This document shows, one piece after another, positions 30,501-39,497 of a stretch of 63,211 nt of DNA. Every line of letters begins with the position of its first letter. The first letter of the stretch is position 1. This stretch comes from an uncultured Candidatus Poseidoniales archaeon (lineage in GTDB: Archaea > Thermoplasmatota > Poseidoniia > Poseidoniales > CAYMED01). The position numbers and the translations under genes are program-made. The DNA is taken from NCBI GenBank assembly GCA_964389655.1, contig CAYMED010000015.1, positions 1 through 63,211 of the forward strand. The letters run 5' to 3'. The notes beneath the pieces are model-generated. The model saw only the letters and a list, made by a program, of their open reading frames with translations. It ran no database searches and had not been told where the DNA came from.

Positions 30501-32831
30501 CCTGTGAAGTTTGTGGGCAAAGAACTTGGAGACCCGTATGAAATGCTCCGGAGAAAATTGATTGTGATCTTGGGTGGTGAGGGGCCACAAACCTTAGAGC
30601 GATTTGAAGAAAGACTGCCTTTTTCTCGGACATTACTCGAGTCAATATTGCATGAATTGGAAGTCCGCAATCGCGTTTCCATCGGTTTCTTCCGCAATAC
30701 GCAAGAAGCAGAATATATCCTTCGTATCGACGAATACAGAATTACGGGAGGTGATTCGGATGTTATAGAGGCACGTGATGTTCAAAATTTAATCATGCAC
30801 AAGTCATTTATCGAGCATAGTGACCCATATGAAGCAATTTCTGCTCACCTGTTCATCCAAAAGCCTGCAGAACTCCTTCCGCGCGTTAAGGATTTCAGTT
30901 TTGGAGAGTGGAAAGACCTCTTACTGGACAAAGAAATTGTAATGGGTCGTTTGATGCATAATCGCATTGCCTATACTCTAAAGGATCTCTTGCCGATCAT
31001 TCTCTCACTCCGTCCATCTGGTCACTTAACTGAGAGGGAGGAAGAAGTATTAGATCTCATACCTGAAGGTGAATTGCCGACACGTGTGGAGATATTGGCA
31101 CATTATCCACGCGGTGAAGAGCACAAGGCATTACTCAGAGATGTAAAATCAGCGTTGAGTGGGCTTGAAAGAGATTTGCGTGTTGTCAAACAATTTGAGG
31201 AAGTAGACGGCCGTCGTCGTCGTTTGACGATGTTCAGAAGAGTTACTGAAGCACCGCTCTCATTTGAAAATGGGCTATTGGAGTTGATCAAGCGCATCGG
31301 GCCAATCCAACTTAACACTCTTCGTCTTCACGTGGGCCATCCTCCTGAAGAATTGGGTCAAGCCCTGCGTGCTCTTGTAGATACAGGTGCTCTAGTCAAA
31401 ATACGTGCTCTCAAACCAGATCCCGTTGTATTTTATTGCGCTCCCGTCGATGAACCCTATTTGCGTCGACCTCATGTTGAAGACAGAACTCTTCGGATTC
31501 TTACTCAATCCGATCCTTTCTGTTCACGCTTCATCCATGAAGTGCGCTATGTTCTCAAGCGAGGGTGGTATCACCCTGTTCTCAAGGGTGTAGATCCTAT
31601 CGGGAAAGTATTTATGTACAAAATCAATGATTATCTAGAGGTCAAAGACATTCAGATTCCTACTGCGTATTTGGGGGAATTCTGTAAGGCATTTTCGATC
31701 TTACTTGACAATTATCGAGACCAATTAGTCGACGTAGCCGTACTTACACATCTCAATGGGCTTCCAATTCTAGAGATGGATGATTTTGTGCTAGAACAAC
31801 TCGCAGAAATCGGATTTTTACCGGCGGGAGAACGTCTGATTCGAGGAGGTGTGATGGAACCTCGCCCACGCAATGAGGTCATTAGGGCACTATTCCATGA
31901 ACACGGTCTTCACCAAAAAACACGGTGGGAGAATGAAACTCTAGCGATCAAGGATGTGGTCGAAATTCGTGATGACTTCGCATTGCGAGGCAGATGCCAC
32001 ATGTATCGAATGGATCTAAAAGCAATGTGTACTGCAAATCGTTTGCATCAGGGTGTAAATCTTCATGGACACCAAGTACGGGCACGATACCCTCACTTCC
32101 AGAAATTGCTTGCAATACGTGGAGCAGATCTTGATGATGAAACTGATGAGTTACAACTAGAGGCTCTGGAATTTTTCTCAGACAATTCCGACCCGAAAGT
32201 GTTCATGGACCGGCATGCGCTACGCCGTTCTGAATTCAGAAAAGTCATCCAGCCCCTTGTACGTGCGGGACATATGGTCCAAGATGATCGAAATGGATTT
32301 CGTACAATAGATCCCCTTGATGTCGAGCAGCGTCTTGAATTACGAAGGAGCCATCTGACCTCTATTGTTCGCCACCTTCCAGTTGTCACGTTGCGCCAGC
32401 TGAGCCGATTAGCAGGACCACTTTTCCGCCCAGAAGAACTCAAAGGAATTTTGCATGCTGGGGAAAAATCTGGCGAACTAGTGAAGGGATTCCTGATCGA
32501 TGATGTCCATGAGGTTTGCTGGGGCCGTCCCGATATGCTTGAAGATGCACCCCAAATGCCTCAAATGAGGGATTTCGTACTTCCGCCGTCGGACCCCCTT
32601 ATGCCGTATTTTGGAGACATACTTCGCCAACGTTTTGGTTTTGGATCGGCGTATTTGGTTTTCAAAAACGAGACGCCCGTTGCTGCTTTCAAAGCCAATA
32701 CGCGGAACCGCGTCATAGATATCACTGATTATGTCGGGGAAGAAAGTGGGTTGCGAGTCGTCAAGGAATTTGCTTGGGAGCACCAGTTACCAATCCATTG
32801 GTCGACAAGGATTGGTCAATCTGTTGACTGA
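27555..32831 (+). CDS. lhr: Large Lhr-family SF2 helicase (1758 aa) with extended C-terminal region
   Basis: SPTGSGKT, ISPIKALAND, ITTPESL, DELH, SAT, HHGS, QRIGRAGH, Lhr-type PSW.GE motif. Confidence 0.93.
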   Translation: MPEFHRLEVFHEPEKILSRLCTPVREWFEWRFPGLTDPQRMAIPHLLDGEHLLLCSPTGSGKTMTAFLGIIDSLIRRAIEGELEEKVHCIYISPIKALANDIQRNLIQPLEEMRERFLPRRTQQIRVKLRTGDTSQADRQKMLRKPPHILITTPESLGLAISSPRFVPLLEQVEHFIVDELHSLVPTKRGSLLALTMARLDQMVHRPLQRIGISATMEPLDEVAKYLVHSDSREKEGTSQIVNIAKISVSRELDLDILLPTKQIDKQPVKEVLETAMDMIQHLVEAHTTTLVFANTRRMTETIVQKLRLLGVEGVEGHHGSMDKRIRLDVEKRMKYGELRAVVSSSSLEMGIDIGSVDLVVQVGTPGQVGTALQRIGRAGHHVGGVPRARLIPISADDLVEMVALQTAILGGDMDRLHMPVNCLDVLAQFLVGLTIHTEVDLDDAYELVTSTWSFRDLPYDDYIEVLDLLEDERRIWLDYEENVFGKRGYTRMIYYTNVGTIAPDNNYLVFDSDGSVIGQLSSSFVSGLRTGDVFLLGGQTYRVHTILSNRLNVTPITGHRPTVPSWSGEARSRSRELSERVLEVEEIILGSIAAGEDPLPRLRGRLGLSAPVANAIIRHLGSHAVESLHWPGKERIIIEQVVGGGTPTYLILTGRGRSFNLAFGHFLGGLCHRHEIGLLEISTDENGIMLRLTDEFEVSLIPEVVSGADWIEVFENAIQRTELFKRRFSEVCGRSLVVPRRIGADEVSPQKYQRDVESLYEKHRQEPESVLIREALNEIFQLNIDRHGLEEFLDSLRDGDVELVHIRTRVPSPLAMALFSSAFEDLLAMRTRAYLIKDIDPDVLRRLLGDRSLSTEWDAEQLEEHYRSKSPVPKDAEGLLLLMHHGGGLSVDQSNSFYANLLENIDPSLVNRWLAELAERGEVTMIQGTGDAAVDHKWYSCPMAEVHGTLAQLSDLEGDDIREARIEGLTYEVATEFKGHKPVKFVGKELGDPYEMLRRKLIVILGGEGPQTLERFEERLPFSRTLLESILHELEVRNRVSIGFFRNTQEAEYILRIDEYRITGGDSDVIEARDVQNLIMHKSFIEHSDPYEAISAHLFIQKPAELLPRVKDFSFGEWKDLLLDKEIVMGRLMHNRIAYTLKDLLPIILSLRPSGHLTEREEEVLDLIPEGELPTRVEILAHYPRGEEHKALLRDVKSALSGLERDLRVVKQFEEVDGRRRRLTMFRRVTEAPLSFENGLLELIKRIGPIQLNTLRLHVGHPPEELGQALRALVDTGALVKIRALKPDPVVFYCAPVDEPYLRRPHVEDRTLRILTQSDPFCSRFIHEVRYVLKRGWYHPVLKGVDPIGKVFMYKINDYLEVKDIQIPTAYLGEFCKAFSILLDNYRDQLVDVAVLTHLNGLPILEMDDFVLEQLAEIGFLPAGERLIRGGVMEPRPRNEVIRALFHEHGLHQKTRWENETLAIKDVVEIRDDFALRGRCHMYRMDLKAMCTANRLHQGVNLHGHQVRARYPHFQKLLAIRGADLDDETDELQLEALEFFSDNSDPKVFMDRHALRRSEFRKVIQPLVRAGHMVQDDRNGFRTIDPLDVEQRLELRRSHLTSIVRHLPVVTLRQLSRLAGPLFRPEELKGILHAGEKSGELVKGFLIDDVHEVCWGRPDMLEDAPQMPQMRDFVLPPSDPLMPYFGDILRQRFGFGSAYLVFKNETPVAAFKANTRNRVIDITDYVGEESGLRVVKEFAWEHQLPIHWSTRIGQSVD

Positions 32832-33751
32832 TGCTCTGTCCAAGGGCGTTTCCCATCAATTGCATCCCGAATTGAATCGAGTATGCGCAATACATGCACA
32901 TGCATTTTTGGAATCAACTCAAATAATCCCAAAGCCATCAGGAACATAGCACCTAGCGAGAGAATTTTTGAAGCGTAATCGTGGGCAAAATCAAATGCAC
33001 CCATGCCGAAGAATTCGAAGGAACGGTGGTGGATGGATAAGTGGATTATTCCGCAATTTCGAAAAATATTCAGCACATGTATCACTGGTATCGTTGCAAG
33101 AAGTGCCCGTATCCGACGTCTCAATGGCGCATCACGTACTGCAATGATTGCTCCAACAAAGACAATCATACTTTGGAGGGCAGTACATCCTAGAATGATG
33201 TTCACGTGAACTGTTTCCCCAGTAACTGAATTAAGCATGGGGACGTGGAAACCAGCATAGCCTAGTTCCTCTTGAAGCCACCATCGGTTCCCCTCCCACT
33301 CATCCCAGCGCACTATTGGCCCACTTGCTGGATCAACCCATACTCCACCAGTTATGAGGGAATCCGTGCCCGTAATTGATGACATCCATGCCGTTTGTTC
33401 AGCGGTGAATTGGATGAGGATAACAGAAAGTATAGGTGAATTGGAAATGAGAAACCAGGGTAGGGTTGACCACAGTAACGCGCCCCTAAGCCAAGTCAGA
33501 GAGGCATCATGCTCGATACTTTTCCACTCCCAAAACATCAGGTAGGCGGCTAATGGTGCGGTTATCCATGCCATAATTAGCAAAATATAATCCTCAATTT
33601 CCAAATAGTGCTGAGTGCCTAACAAGAAGTATATGGAGGCGGGCCCCCAAGCGAGAATTGCAGAGAATCGCCGCGTTCTAAGAGGGCCATACAAGGAATT
33701 TGCAAGCAAAGCCATCGCCGCAAGGATCGCCAGATTGGAACTCGAAATCAC
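32816..33751 (-). CDS. artA: Archaeosortase (exosortase family)
   Basis: Multi-TM; catalytic Cys in ILGCTALQSM, Arg in LNIFRN, then FAHD; start refined to GTG 33751; subfamily A is tentative. Confidence 0.85.
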   Translation of the reverse strand: MISSSNLAILAAMALLANSLYGPLRTRRFSAILAWGPASIYFLLGTQHYLEIEDYILLIMAWITAPLAAYLMFWEWKSIEHDASLTWLRGALLWSTLPWFLISNSPILSVILIQFTAEQTAWMSSITGTDSLITGGVWVDPASGPIVRWDEWEGNRWWLQEELGYAGFHVPMLNSVTGETVHVNIILGCTALQSMIVFVGAIIAVRDAPLRRRIRALLATIPVIHVLNIFRNCGIIHLSIHHRSFEFFGMGAFDFAHDYASKILSLGAMFLMALGLFELIPKMHVHVLRILDSIRDAIDGKRPWTEHQSTD

Positions 33752-33812
33752 GTGATCAATGGGGTGTGGGGGGCGAACGGGTATAAAGCGCCGTGCTTGC
33801 AGCATCTTATTG

Positions 33813-34406
33813 ATGAGTGGTATCGGTGCCTTCGACGTGATGGAATTTACAGAGTCATATTTTGCTGACCTTAAACGCACGATTGACGAAGTTTCTCGTG
33901 AAAAAATCTCGGAGTTAGTGGTTGCAGTAAATGACGTGAGAAATGCAGGAGGTACGGTACATTTTATCGGAAATGGCGGCTCTGCTGGCACACCCAGTCA
34001 TTCTGCAGGTGACTGGTCGAAGGAACTTACATTGAGAACAATTTGTCACACTGACAATGTCGCTTCAGTTACTGCATGGGCTAATGATACTAATTATGAT
34101 CATGTGTTTGTAGGCCAGTTGGAAACATTTCTTCGAGAGGGCGATCTAATCATTGCCTACAGCGGTAGTGGGAATTCTGGGAATGTAATCAATGGTGTCA
34201 AATATGCTCAATCGAGGGGCTGCCTAGTCGCTGGGATCACAGGGGATTACAATGGAGGTGGTGGTGGCGAACTAGGTCGAATTGCAGACTTGCCAATTAT
34301 TTGTCCTACTACATCGATGGAAAGAATCGAGGATTTACAATTGATCATCAACCATGTCGTCAAAGAATCCATCAAGCGTGCCAACAATGTCGATGCTTCA
34401 TGCTGA
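33813..34406 (+). CDS. gmhA: SIS-domain sedoheptulose-7-phosphate isomerase-like protein
   Basis: GNGGSA, TAWAND, VFVGQL, SGSGNSGNV. Confidence 0.82.
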   Translation: MSGIGAFDVMEFTESYFADLKRTIDEVSREKISELVVAVNDVRNAGGTVHFIGNGGSAGTPSHSAGDWSKELTLRTICHTDNVASVTAWANDTNYDHVFVGQLETFLREGDLIIAYSGSGNSGNVINGVKYAQSRGCLVAGITGDYNGGGGGELGRIADLPIICPTTSMERIEDLQLIINHVVKESIKRANNVDASC

Positions 34407-34415
34407 GGTGAATGC

Positions 34416-35060
34416 GTGCGTAATGCTCCTCGTAGGCACAGATTCCCAATCGGTGCCTCCCTTGATCTTGAAGATCTCCCCGGTGGAATCCCATGGGATG
34501 GGCGTATCGCCTATCTTGATCGAGATGGGGTGATCAATGACAATCGCGGAGATTATGTGGATTCCTTGGATAAATTTTCGCTATATCCAGATGTTGCAAC
34601 CTCCATCTCCTCACTGAGGCATGCAGGGTATAGGGTTGCTATAGTTACAAACCAGTCTCCAATTGGGCGCGGGTGGTGGGCGGATGATGATCTCGCAGTG
34701 ATTCACGACCAAATGGTTGAAGATTTACTTGCATTAGATCCTCATGCAGCCGTTGACCTCATCCTCTATGCTCCACAGGCACCCTGGGATGGTTCTTGGG
34801 CACGCAAGCCGAATCCTGGAATGCTGCAAGTAGCAACCTTGCTCTTGAATAAGTGTGAGGGCCCATCTGATGAACGTGGCTTGTCTCTTGCTCAATCACA
34901 CATACATCCAGCAAGTGCAATGGTCGGAGACCGCAATACCGATATGCTAGCAGGCATGGCATTTGGGGTTCGCACATTTTTCGTCCAATCTGATGGACTT
35001 CCTAGTGTCATCACTCGCATCCTTGATGTGGGTGATCCAGGTGATGATTCAAATGGCTGA
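34416..35060 (+). CDS. gmhB: HAD-IIIA heptose-1,7-bisphosphate phosphatase-like protein
   Basis: LDRDGVIN, VTNQS, RKPNPGM, MVGDRNTD; adjacent to gmhA. Confidence 0.8.
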   Translation: MRNAPRRHRFPIGASLDLEDLPGGIPWDGRIAYLDRDGVINDNRGDYVDSLDKFSLYPDVATSISSLRHAGYRVAIVTNQSPIGRGWWADDDLAVIHDQMVEDLLALDPHAAVDLILYAPQAPWDGSWARKPNPGMLQVATLLLNKCEGPSDERGLSLAQSHIHPASAMVGDRNTDMLAGMAFGVRTFFVQSDGLPSVITRILDVGDPGDDSNG

Positions 35061-36354
35061 ACTCACCTACGCGTGGATTGGCTTGGATGATACGGATGAT
35101 GGAGACGGTGGCTGTACAACATCCACAATGGATCAACTTCTCACACAATTAGAACTTGCCTCAGTTGCGGGGGCTCCCTGGGAAATTCCTGCAGACAGTA
35201 GATTAGTTCGCTTATGGCCACGCGCACCTAGCAGAACTCGAGGTAATGCCGCTACTGCTGCTTGTATAGCTACCACAAATATTGAGGAACTTGAGGACTG
35301 TATTAAACTGCATTGCAGGCCACTTCTCTCTTCGGCAAGGGACCGGTTAGGAGGTGCTTCAACGATCCCTATGTCTGATCGAATACGGGATATACACCCC
35401 GCTGACCCCGGCCTTATTCTCGCAAAGGGGGGGCTCCCTGAATCACTGTACTGGAGGTCAGTTCGCCACCTAGTGGATTTGGATGAAGTATTGCACATAT
35501 TTAGTCAGAATGATGTTCGGATAATTGTTGGCAATATGGCCAGAGGCCTCATTGGTGCTGCAGCAGCGATTGCTTGGTCAGGGCTGCATGACCACACGTT
35601 TGAGGTGATCAGTTACCGCAGTTCAAAAAAATGTGGAAGTCTACGGATCGTCGATAAAGAGATTGTGAAGATGAATCACCGAGGAACCATTTCGTCCTGG
35701 GACCATGGCAGGAACCGCTCCCTGATTTCTCCCAAGGGCCCTGACCCGGTACTTTGGGGCCTTCGCTCTAGAAAGCAATATGGTGCACAAAATTTGCATG
35801 AAAAACTGCTCGCGTCTCAGTCGACGGAATCGCCTGAGCGAGTTCGATGCTGGCGAACAAATCAACATACAGATGATCACATTTCATACGTAGGCGAGGG
35901 TGTTGTGGTCCGACCACCACTACAGGCTGCAGGCCATGTATCTATAGAGGTTGAAGATGGCTACGGGGAAATAGTCCGCCTTGTCGCCTTTGGCCCAAGT
36001 GGGCGAGTTCGTAAGGAGGTCTCCAAACTTCGAGAATCAGACGCATTACGTTGGACAGGATTGGAAATTACCGGGGAAGGGATTCACCTTGAGGGGATAG
36101 AGGTGCTGAGTCGGGTAACTGGAGCTCCTGTTCGACCACTTTGCACATGTGGCCGTCGTATGAAATCTTCAGGAATTAATCAGGGATTGCGCTGCCGTAA
36201 TTGTGGACGCAGAGACTTTGATCGGTGGGTTGATCCATCTGTCAAAGCGTTTGAGATTGGTGAAGGGTGGATAAGGCCTCCAACCCAACACCGCCGCCAC
36301 CTAAGTCGGGCTGGGCATCCCCCTGCGGCAGGGCTAAGTGCAGACGTCGATTGA
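35053..36354 (+). CDS. tiaS: tRNA(Ile2) C34 agmatidine synthetase
   Basis: IGLDDTD, GCTT, LVRL..TRGN, GLIGA, GPDPVLWGLR, TNQHTDDH, C-terminal Zn ribbon. Confidence 0.9.
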   Translation: MAELTYAWIGLDDTDDGDGGCTTSTMDQLLTQLELASVAGAPWEIPADSRLVRLWPRAPSRTRGNAATAACIATTNIEELEDCIKLHCRPLLSSARDRLGGASTIPMSDRIRDIHPADPGLILAKGGLPESLYWRSVRHLVDLDEVLHIFSQNDVRIIVGNMARGLIGAAAAIAWSGLHDHTFEVISYRSSKKCGSLRIVDKEIVKMNHRGTISSWDHGRNRSLISPKGPDPVLWGLRSRKQYGAQNLHEKLLASQSTESPERVRCWRTNQHTDDHISYVGEGVVVRPPLQAAGHVSIEVEDGYGEIVRLVAFGPSGRVRKEVSKLRESDALRWTGLEITGEGIHLEGIEVLSRVTGAPVRPLCTCGRRMKSSGINQGLRCRNCGRRDFDRWVDPSVKAFEIGEGWIRPPTQHRRHLSRAGHPPAAGLSADVD

Positions 36355-36361
36355 AGGGGCC

Positions 36362-36613
36362 ATGGCGACCAATTCAGTCATATTTACGACCTTGGGTACG
36401 ATTATTGCAGGTGGCGTTCTCGTCTGGTTTATTGTAAACCGAATGCGCGAAAATCGAGCCCGGATGCTGTCAGAATCAGGTCCTTCCATTGCTGGACAAG
36501 ATCAACTTGAGGGTGGGGCGAAAGACCCGTCTGCTTTCGATGAACCTGACGAGGATGCGTTACAAGAAATGGCTGATTTATTGGGCGAAGAAGAAGATGA
36601 TTCGACTGCTTAA
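36362..36613 (+). CDS. Small single-pass membrane protein with acidic tail
   Basis: N-terminal TM helix, acidic C-terminus; GAAGGGG before ATG. Confidence 0.65.
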   Translation: MATNSVIFTTLGTIIAGGVLVWFIVNRMRENRARMLSESGPSIAGQDQLEGGAKDPSAFDEPDEDALQEMADLLGEEEDDSTA

Positions 36614-37209
36614 GGGATAAAACCTCGTTTATCAATGCGCAGCTCATATGATGTCCCATTTCTGTGCAATATCCGCCTACCGGACTTATTTGGGTCTTTG
36701 ACAAGCCACCAAGTTTCCATACCCGCTTCTTCTAGTGCAGATCCGCTCCTTGCACAAAGCCCCTCTATCGGCCCCGAGCGCTCACCTCCTGATGCGTCTT
36801 CATATGCAAGTGATGTCATCAGCACAGCACTGCCGGGAGCAGCATTTGATACAAGGGAAGTTATTCTAGAAAGTCGTTCAGATATAGTTACAGATTCCCC
36901 ATCGTTCCATCCATCAATAACGATGAGGCCAATGGTGGTGAATGACACGGCGAGTTTCTGGACACGCTCTATTGCCCTGCAAAGGTCAGTTACCCCGACG
37001 AGCGCATGAAAGCGCGCGGAATTTGCAGGTCCGATCTCTCCTAATACTGCACGCATTCTTTCTGGATTTGGATGTCTACACGATGCCCAAATTACACGGC
37101 CTTGATTTGCCAACACATCTCTGCTAAATTGCAGCGCCAAGGTCGTTGCACCGGCTTTAGGGGTGGTGCAAAGATGCACTGCTCCTGTTGGAAATGCTAG
37201 TGCTGACAT
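36610..37209 (-). CDS. RadB-like RecA-family protein with degenerate Walker A
   Basis: TPKAGATTLALQ, PNPERM, GLIVIDG. Confidence 0.65.
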   Translation of the reverse strand: MSALAFPTGAVHLCTTPKAGATTLALQFSRDVLANQGRVIWASCRHPNPERMRAVLGEIGPANSARFHALVGVTDLCRAIERVQKLAVSFTTIGLIVIDGWNDGESVTISERLSRITSLVSNAAPGSAVLMTSLAYEDASGGERSGPIEGLCARSGSALEEAGMETWWLVKDPNKSGRRILHRNGTSYELRIDKRGFIP

Positions 37210-37224
37210 GGTTTTTTCATCCGA

Positions 37225-37800
37225 CTACAGAGACATTGTGGCTTCGCCGAAGTCATCGTCGTCATCATCGTCCTCAAAGCCCCCTAATAGGGTGGATAAT
37301 AGATCACCATCCCCGCCACCATCATCTGAATCATCCCCGCCCTCTTTGGCATCTGCAATGCCAGAGCGGCTGCGCTCAAGTTGAGCTAGCATAACTTTGT
37401 GCGTTTCCAGCCGCCGAACTGCTTCGCGGTAGTCATCTGGGCTGAAGTATCCACAAAATTGCCCGCCTTCATCCCGAATCACAATAGCATCAGGTTGTAG
37501 ACGGCCCAATTCATCTAGCGCTTCGGAAAGGGCAAGCGAACGTGGCATTTCGATGATATTGCTCTTCATCCTATCCTTTGCCTTAACCTTGCTTGGTGCT
37601 TTATTTTCAGCACAGACTGAGAGAAGTTCTCGGATCGTGATGACTCCATCAATTTGATCCGTTTTTGGGTTGTGAATAAGAACTGCCCCATTTGGAAATT
37701 CCATCAATTTTATCGCTACGTCTTGAAATGTACTTCGATTACTGACTACGCCGTGTTCGTCCGTGATCGACATGTCTCCAACAGTTGGCTCGGTTTGCAT
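37225..37800 (-). CDS. CBS-domain pair protein with acidic tail
   Basis: IDGVITIREL, AKDRMKSNII, GQFCGYFS; poly-Asp tail. Confidence 0.75.
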   Translation of the reverse strand: MQTEPTVGDMSITDEHGVVSNRSTFQDVAIKLMEFPNGAVLIHNPKTDQIDGVITIRELLSVCAENKAPSKVKAKDRMKSNIIEMPRSLALSEALDELGRLQPDAIVIRDEGGQFCGYFSPDDYREAVRRLETHKVMLAQLERSRSGIADAKEGGDDSDDGGGDGDLLSTLLGGFEDDDDDDDFGEATMSL

Positions 37801-37874
37801 TAACCACGTGAAGCGGGTCGTCCACTTGAAAACTTCCACGTCACAAGCATCATCCGAGGAAGCCCAATCGAGTA

Positions 37875-38117
37875 ATGATGACCGGCCCCACATTACCGCC
37901 GCGGAAGGGCGAGCGAATACCTCGTCGTCCTCTCCCTGAGCTTGAAGAAACAGAGGGGGGGGTAATCCAGGGAGTCACCGCAAGGGGCTTTGCGATTTGG
38001 AAGGTCGCCCTAGATGACATCAATGGCTATGGCCCTCATGCAATGATTGCTCTTCTAGTGGTCATGGCCATTATCACGGGTTCGATTCTGCTGATTTTTT
38101 CCCTATTCGCCGCATAA
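37875..38117 (+). CDS. Small protein with a single C-terminal TM helix (tail-anchored-like)
   Basis: Hydrophilic N-terminus, then MIALLVVMAIITGSILLIFSLFAA-stop. Confidence 0.65.
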   Translation: MMTGPTLPPRKGERIPRRPLPELEETEGGVIQGVTARGFAIWKVALDDINGYGPHAMIALLVVMAIITGSILLIFSLFAA

Positions 38118-38119
38118 GT

Positions 38120-39466
38120 TCACAGGGATTTTCTAGCGAGAGCGACTGTATCATCTACAATCCTAGCTGAAACTCCAATGTGATTTGCCGGATCAAAAAG
38201 TTCGTGCAGTTCATCATCCCGGAAGAGGCTACCTATATCTTCGTTAGATTGGCACACGTCAAATAGCTCAGATTTTTCCTCGATGGCTTCGAATGAGGCT
38301 TTTCGGAGTATCTCATGCGCTCTATCTCGTGCGATTCCCCGCTCGACTAATGCGATCATGACTTTTTCCGCCATCACTAGACCTCTCTGGTCCCGTATGT
38401 TCGAGAGCATTCGCTCTCGATCAACCCACAAGTTTCTCAGAACTTTTTCCGTCTTTGCAATCACATCTTCGCACAATGAAGATGCATGGCTCAACGTAAA
38501 TCGCTCACTGCTGCTATTGGCCAAGTCTCTCTCATGCCAAAGTAGGGCATTTTCATGACTTGGTGAGATAAATGAACGGACAATCCGGGCGAGGCCACAC
38601 GCATTTTCGGAGAGAATTGGGTTCTTTTTGTGAGCCATTGTCGAAGAACCAACCTGCTTTTCCACATCGAAACCCTCCCCCGCTTCTCCGATTTCAGAGC
38701 GTTGAAGATTTCGAATTTCTTGAAGGACCTTTTCACAAGTTGTGGCGAGATTTGATAGCCATGACACATATTCAATGTAGCGGTCTCGGCCCACTACCTG
38801 TGTTGTGGCCATCGGTGATTGAAGGCCTAGGTGCTCAAGGATAATTCGTTGAAGGTCAAGAGCTTGCTCCCCTTGTGCTGCTCCCGTTCCTACTGCACCA
38901 AGAAATTTCCCAACTATGATTCGATCTGTGGCCTCATCCAATCTGATTAGATGTCGGTGCAACTCATCTACCCATACGGCAACTTTGAGACCAAATGTGA
39001 TTGGGACTGCTGCTTGGCCATGTGTTCGGCCTAGCATAACTGTATCTCTTTCCGTTTCTGCTAGGTGTGCTGCAGTCCCAATCAGCGTGCAGAGTTGCGA
39101 CCGCAGATGGATGATGGAGTCGCGTAACTGAAGGGCTGTAGCAGTATCCACAATGTCATTGGATGTGGCACCCAAGTGGATACACCACCCGGCTTCTCCG
39201 GCGACTTCCGCCATTGCACGTGTAAGTGCCATAATATCGTGCCGAGTTTCCTCCTCAATCTCGGAGACCCTTTCTTTCGTAACTATCCTTGGATTGGCAA
39301 TTTTTTCTATCGAATTATACTCTTCTTCAGATACTCGTCCCAACTCCTTGTGCGCCCATACGAGAGCCCGTTCAACCTCGAGCTGACGCTCGTGACGTCC
39401 TTCCTCAGACCAAATATGTTTGAAATCTTGGCACCCATATCGATAGTCCAATGGACATAGTCCCAT
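38120..39466 (-). CDS. purB: Adenylosuccinate lyase
   Basis: TRHDIMA, HLGATSNDI, GRTHGQ, GSSTMAHKKNP. Confidence 0.96.
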   Translation of the reverse strand: MGLCPLDYRYGCQDFKHIWSEEGRHERQLEVERALVWAHKELGRVSEEEYNSIEKIANPRIVTKERVSEIEEETRHDIMALTRAMAEVAGEAGWCIHLGATSNDIVDTATALQLRDSIIHLRSQLCTLIGTAAHLAETERDTVMLGRTHGQAAVPITFGLKVAVWVDELHRHLIRLDEATDRIIVGKFLGAVGTGAAQGEQALDLQRIILEHLGLQSPMATTQVVGRDRYIEYVSWLSNLATTCEKVLQEIRNLQRSEIGEAGEGFDVEKQVGSSTMAHKKNPILSENACGLARIVRSFISPSHENALLWHERDLANSSSERFTLSHASSLCEDVIAKTEKVLRNLWVDRERMLSNIRDQRGLVMAEKVMIALVERGIARDRAHEILRKASFEAIEEKSELFDVCQSNEDIGSLFRDDELHELFDPANHIGVSARIVDDTVALARKSL

Positions 39467-39497
39467 GACTGTACGCTGGGGCTACTGTTTTTCAGAT

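Noticed and set aside
27555-32831. Intein explaining the large Lhr size
   Set aside because: Helicase motifs are normally spaced; no intein junction (HN-C/S/T) or LAGLIDADG block was recognised.
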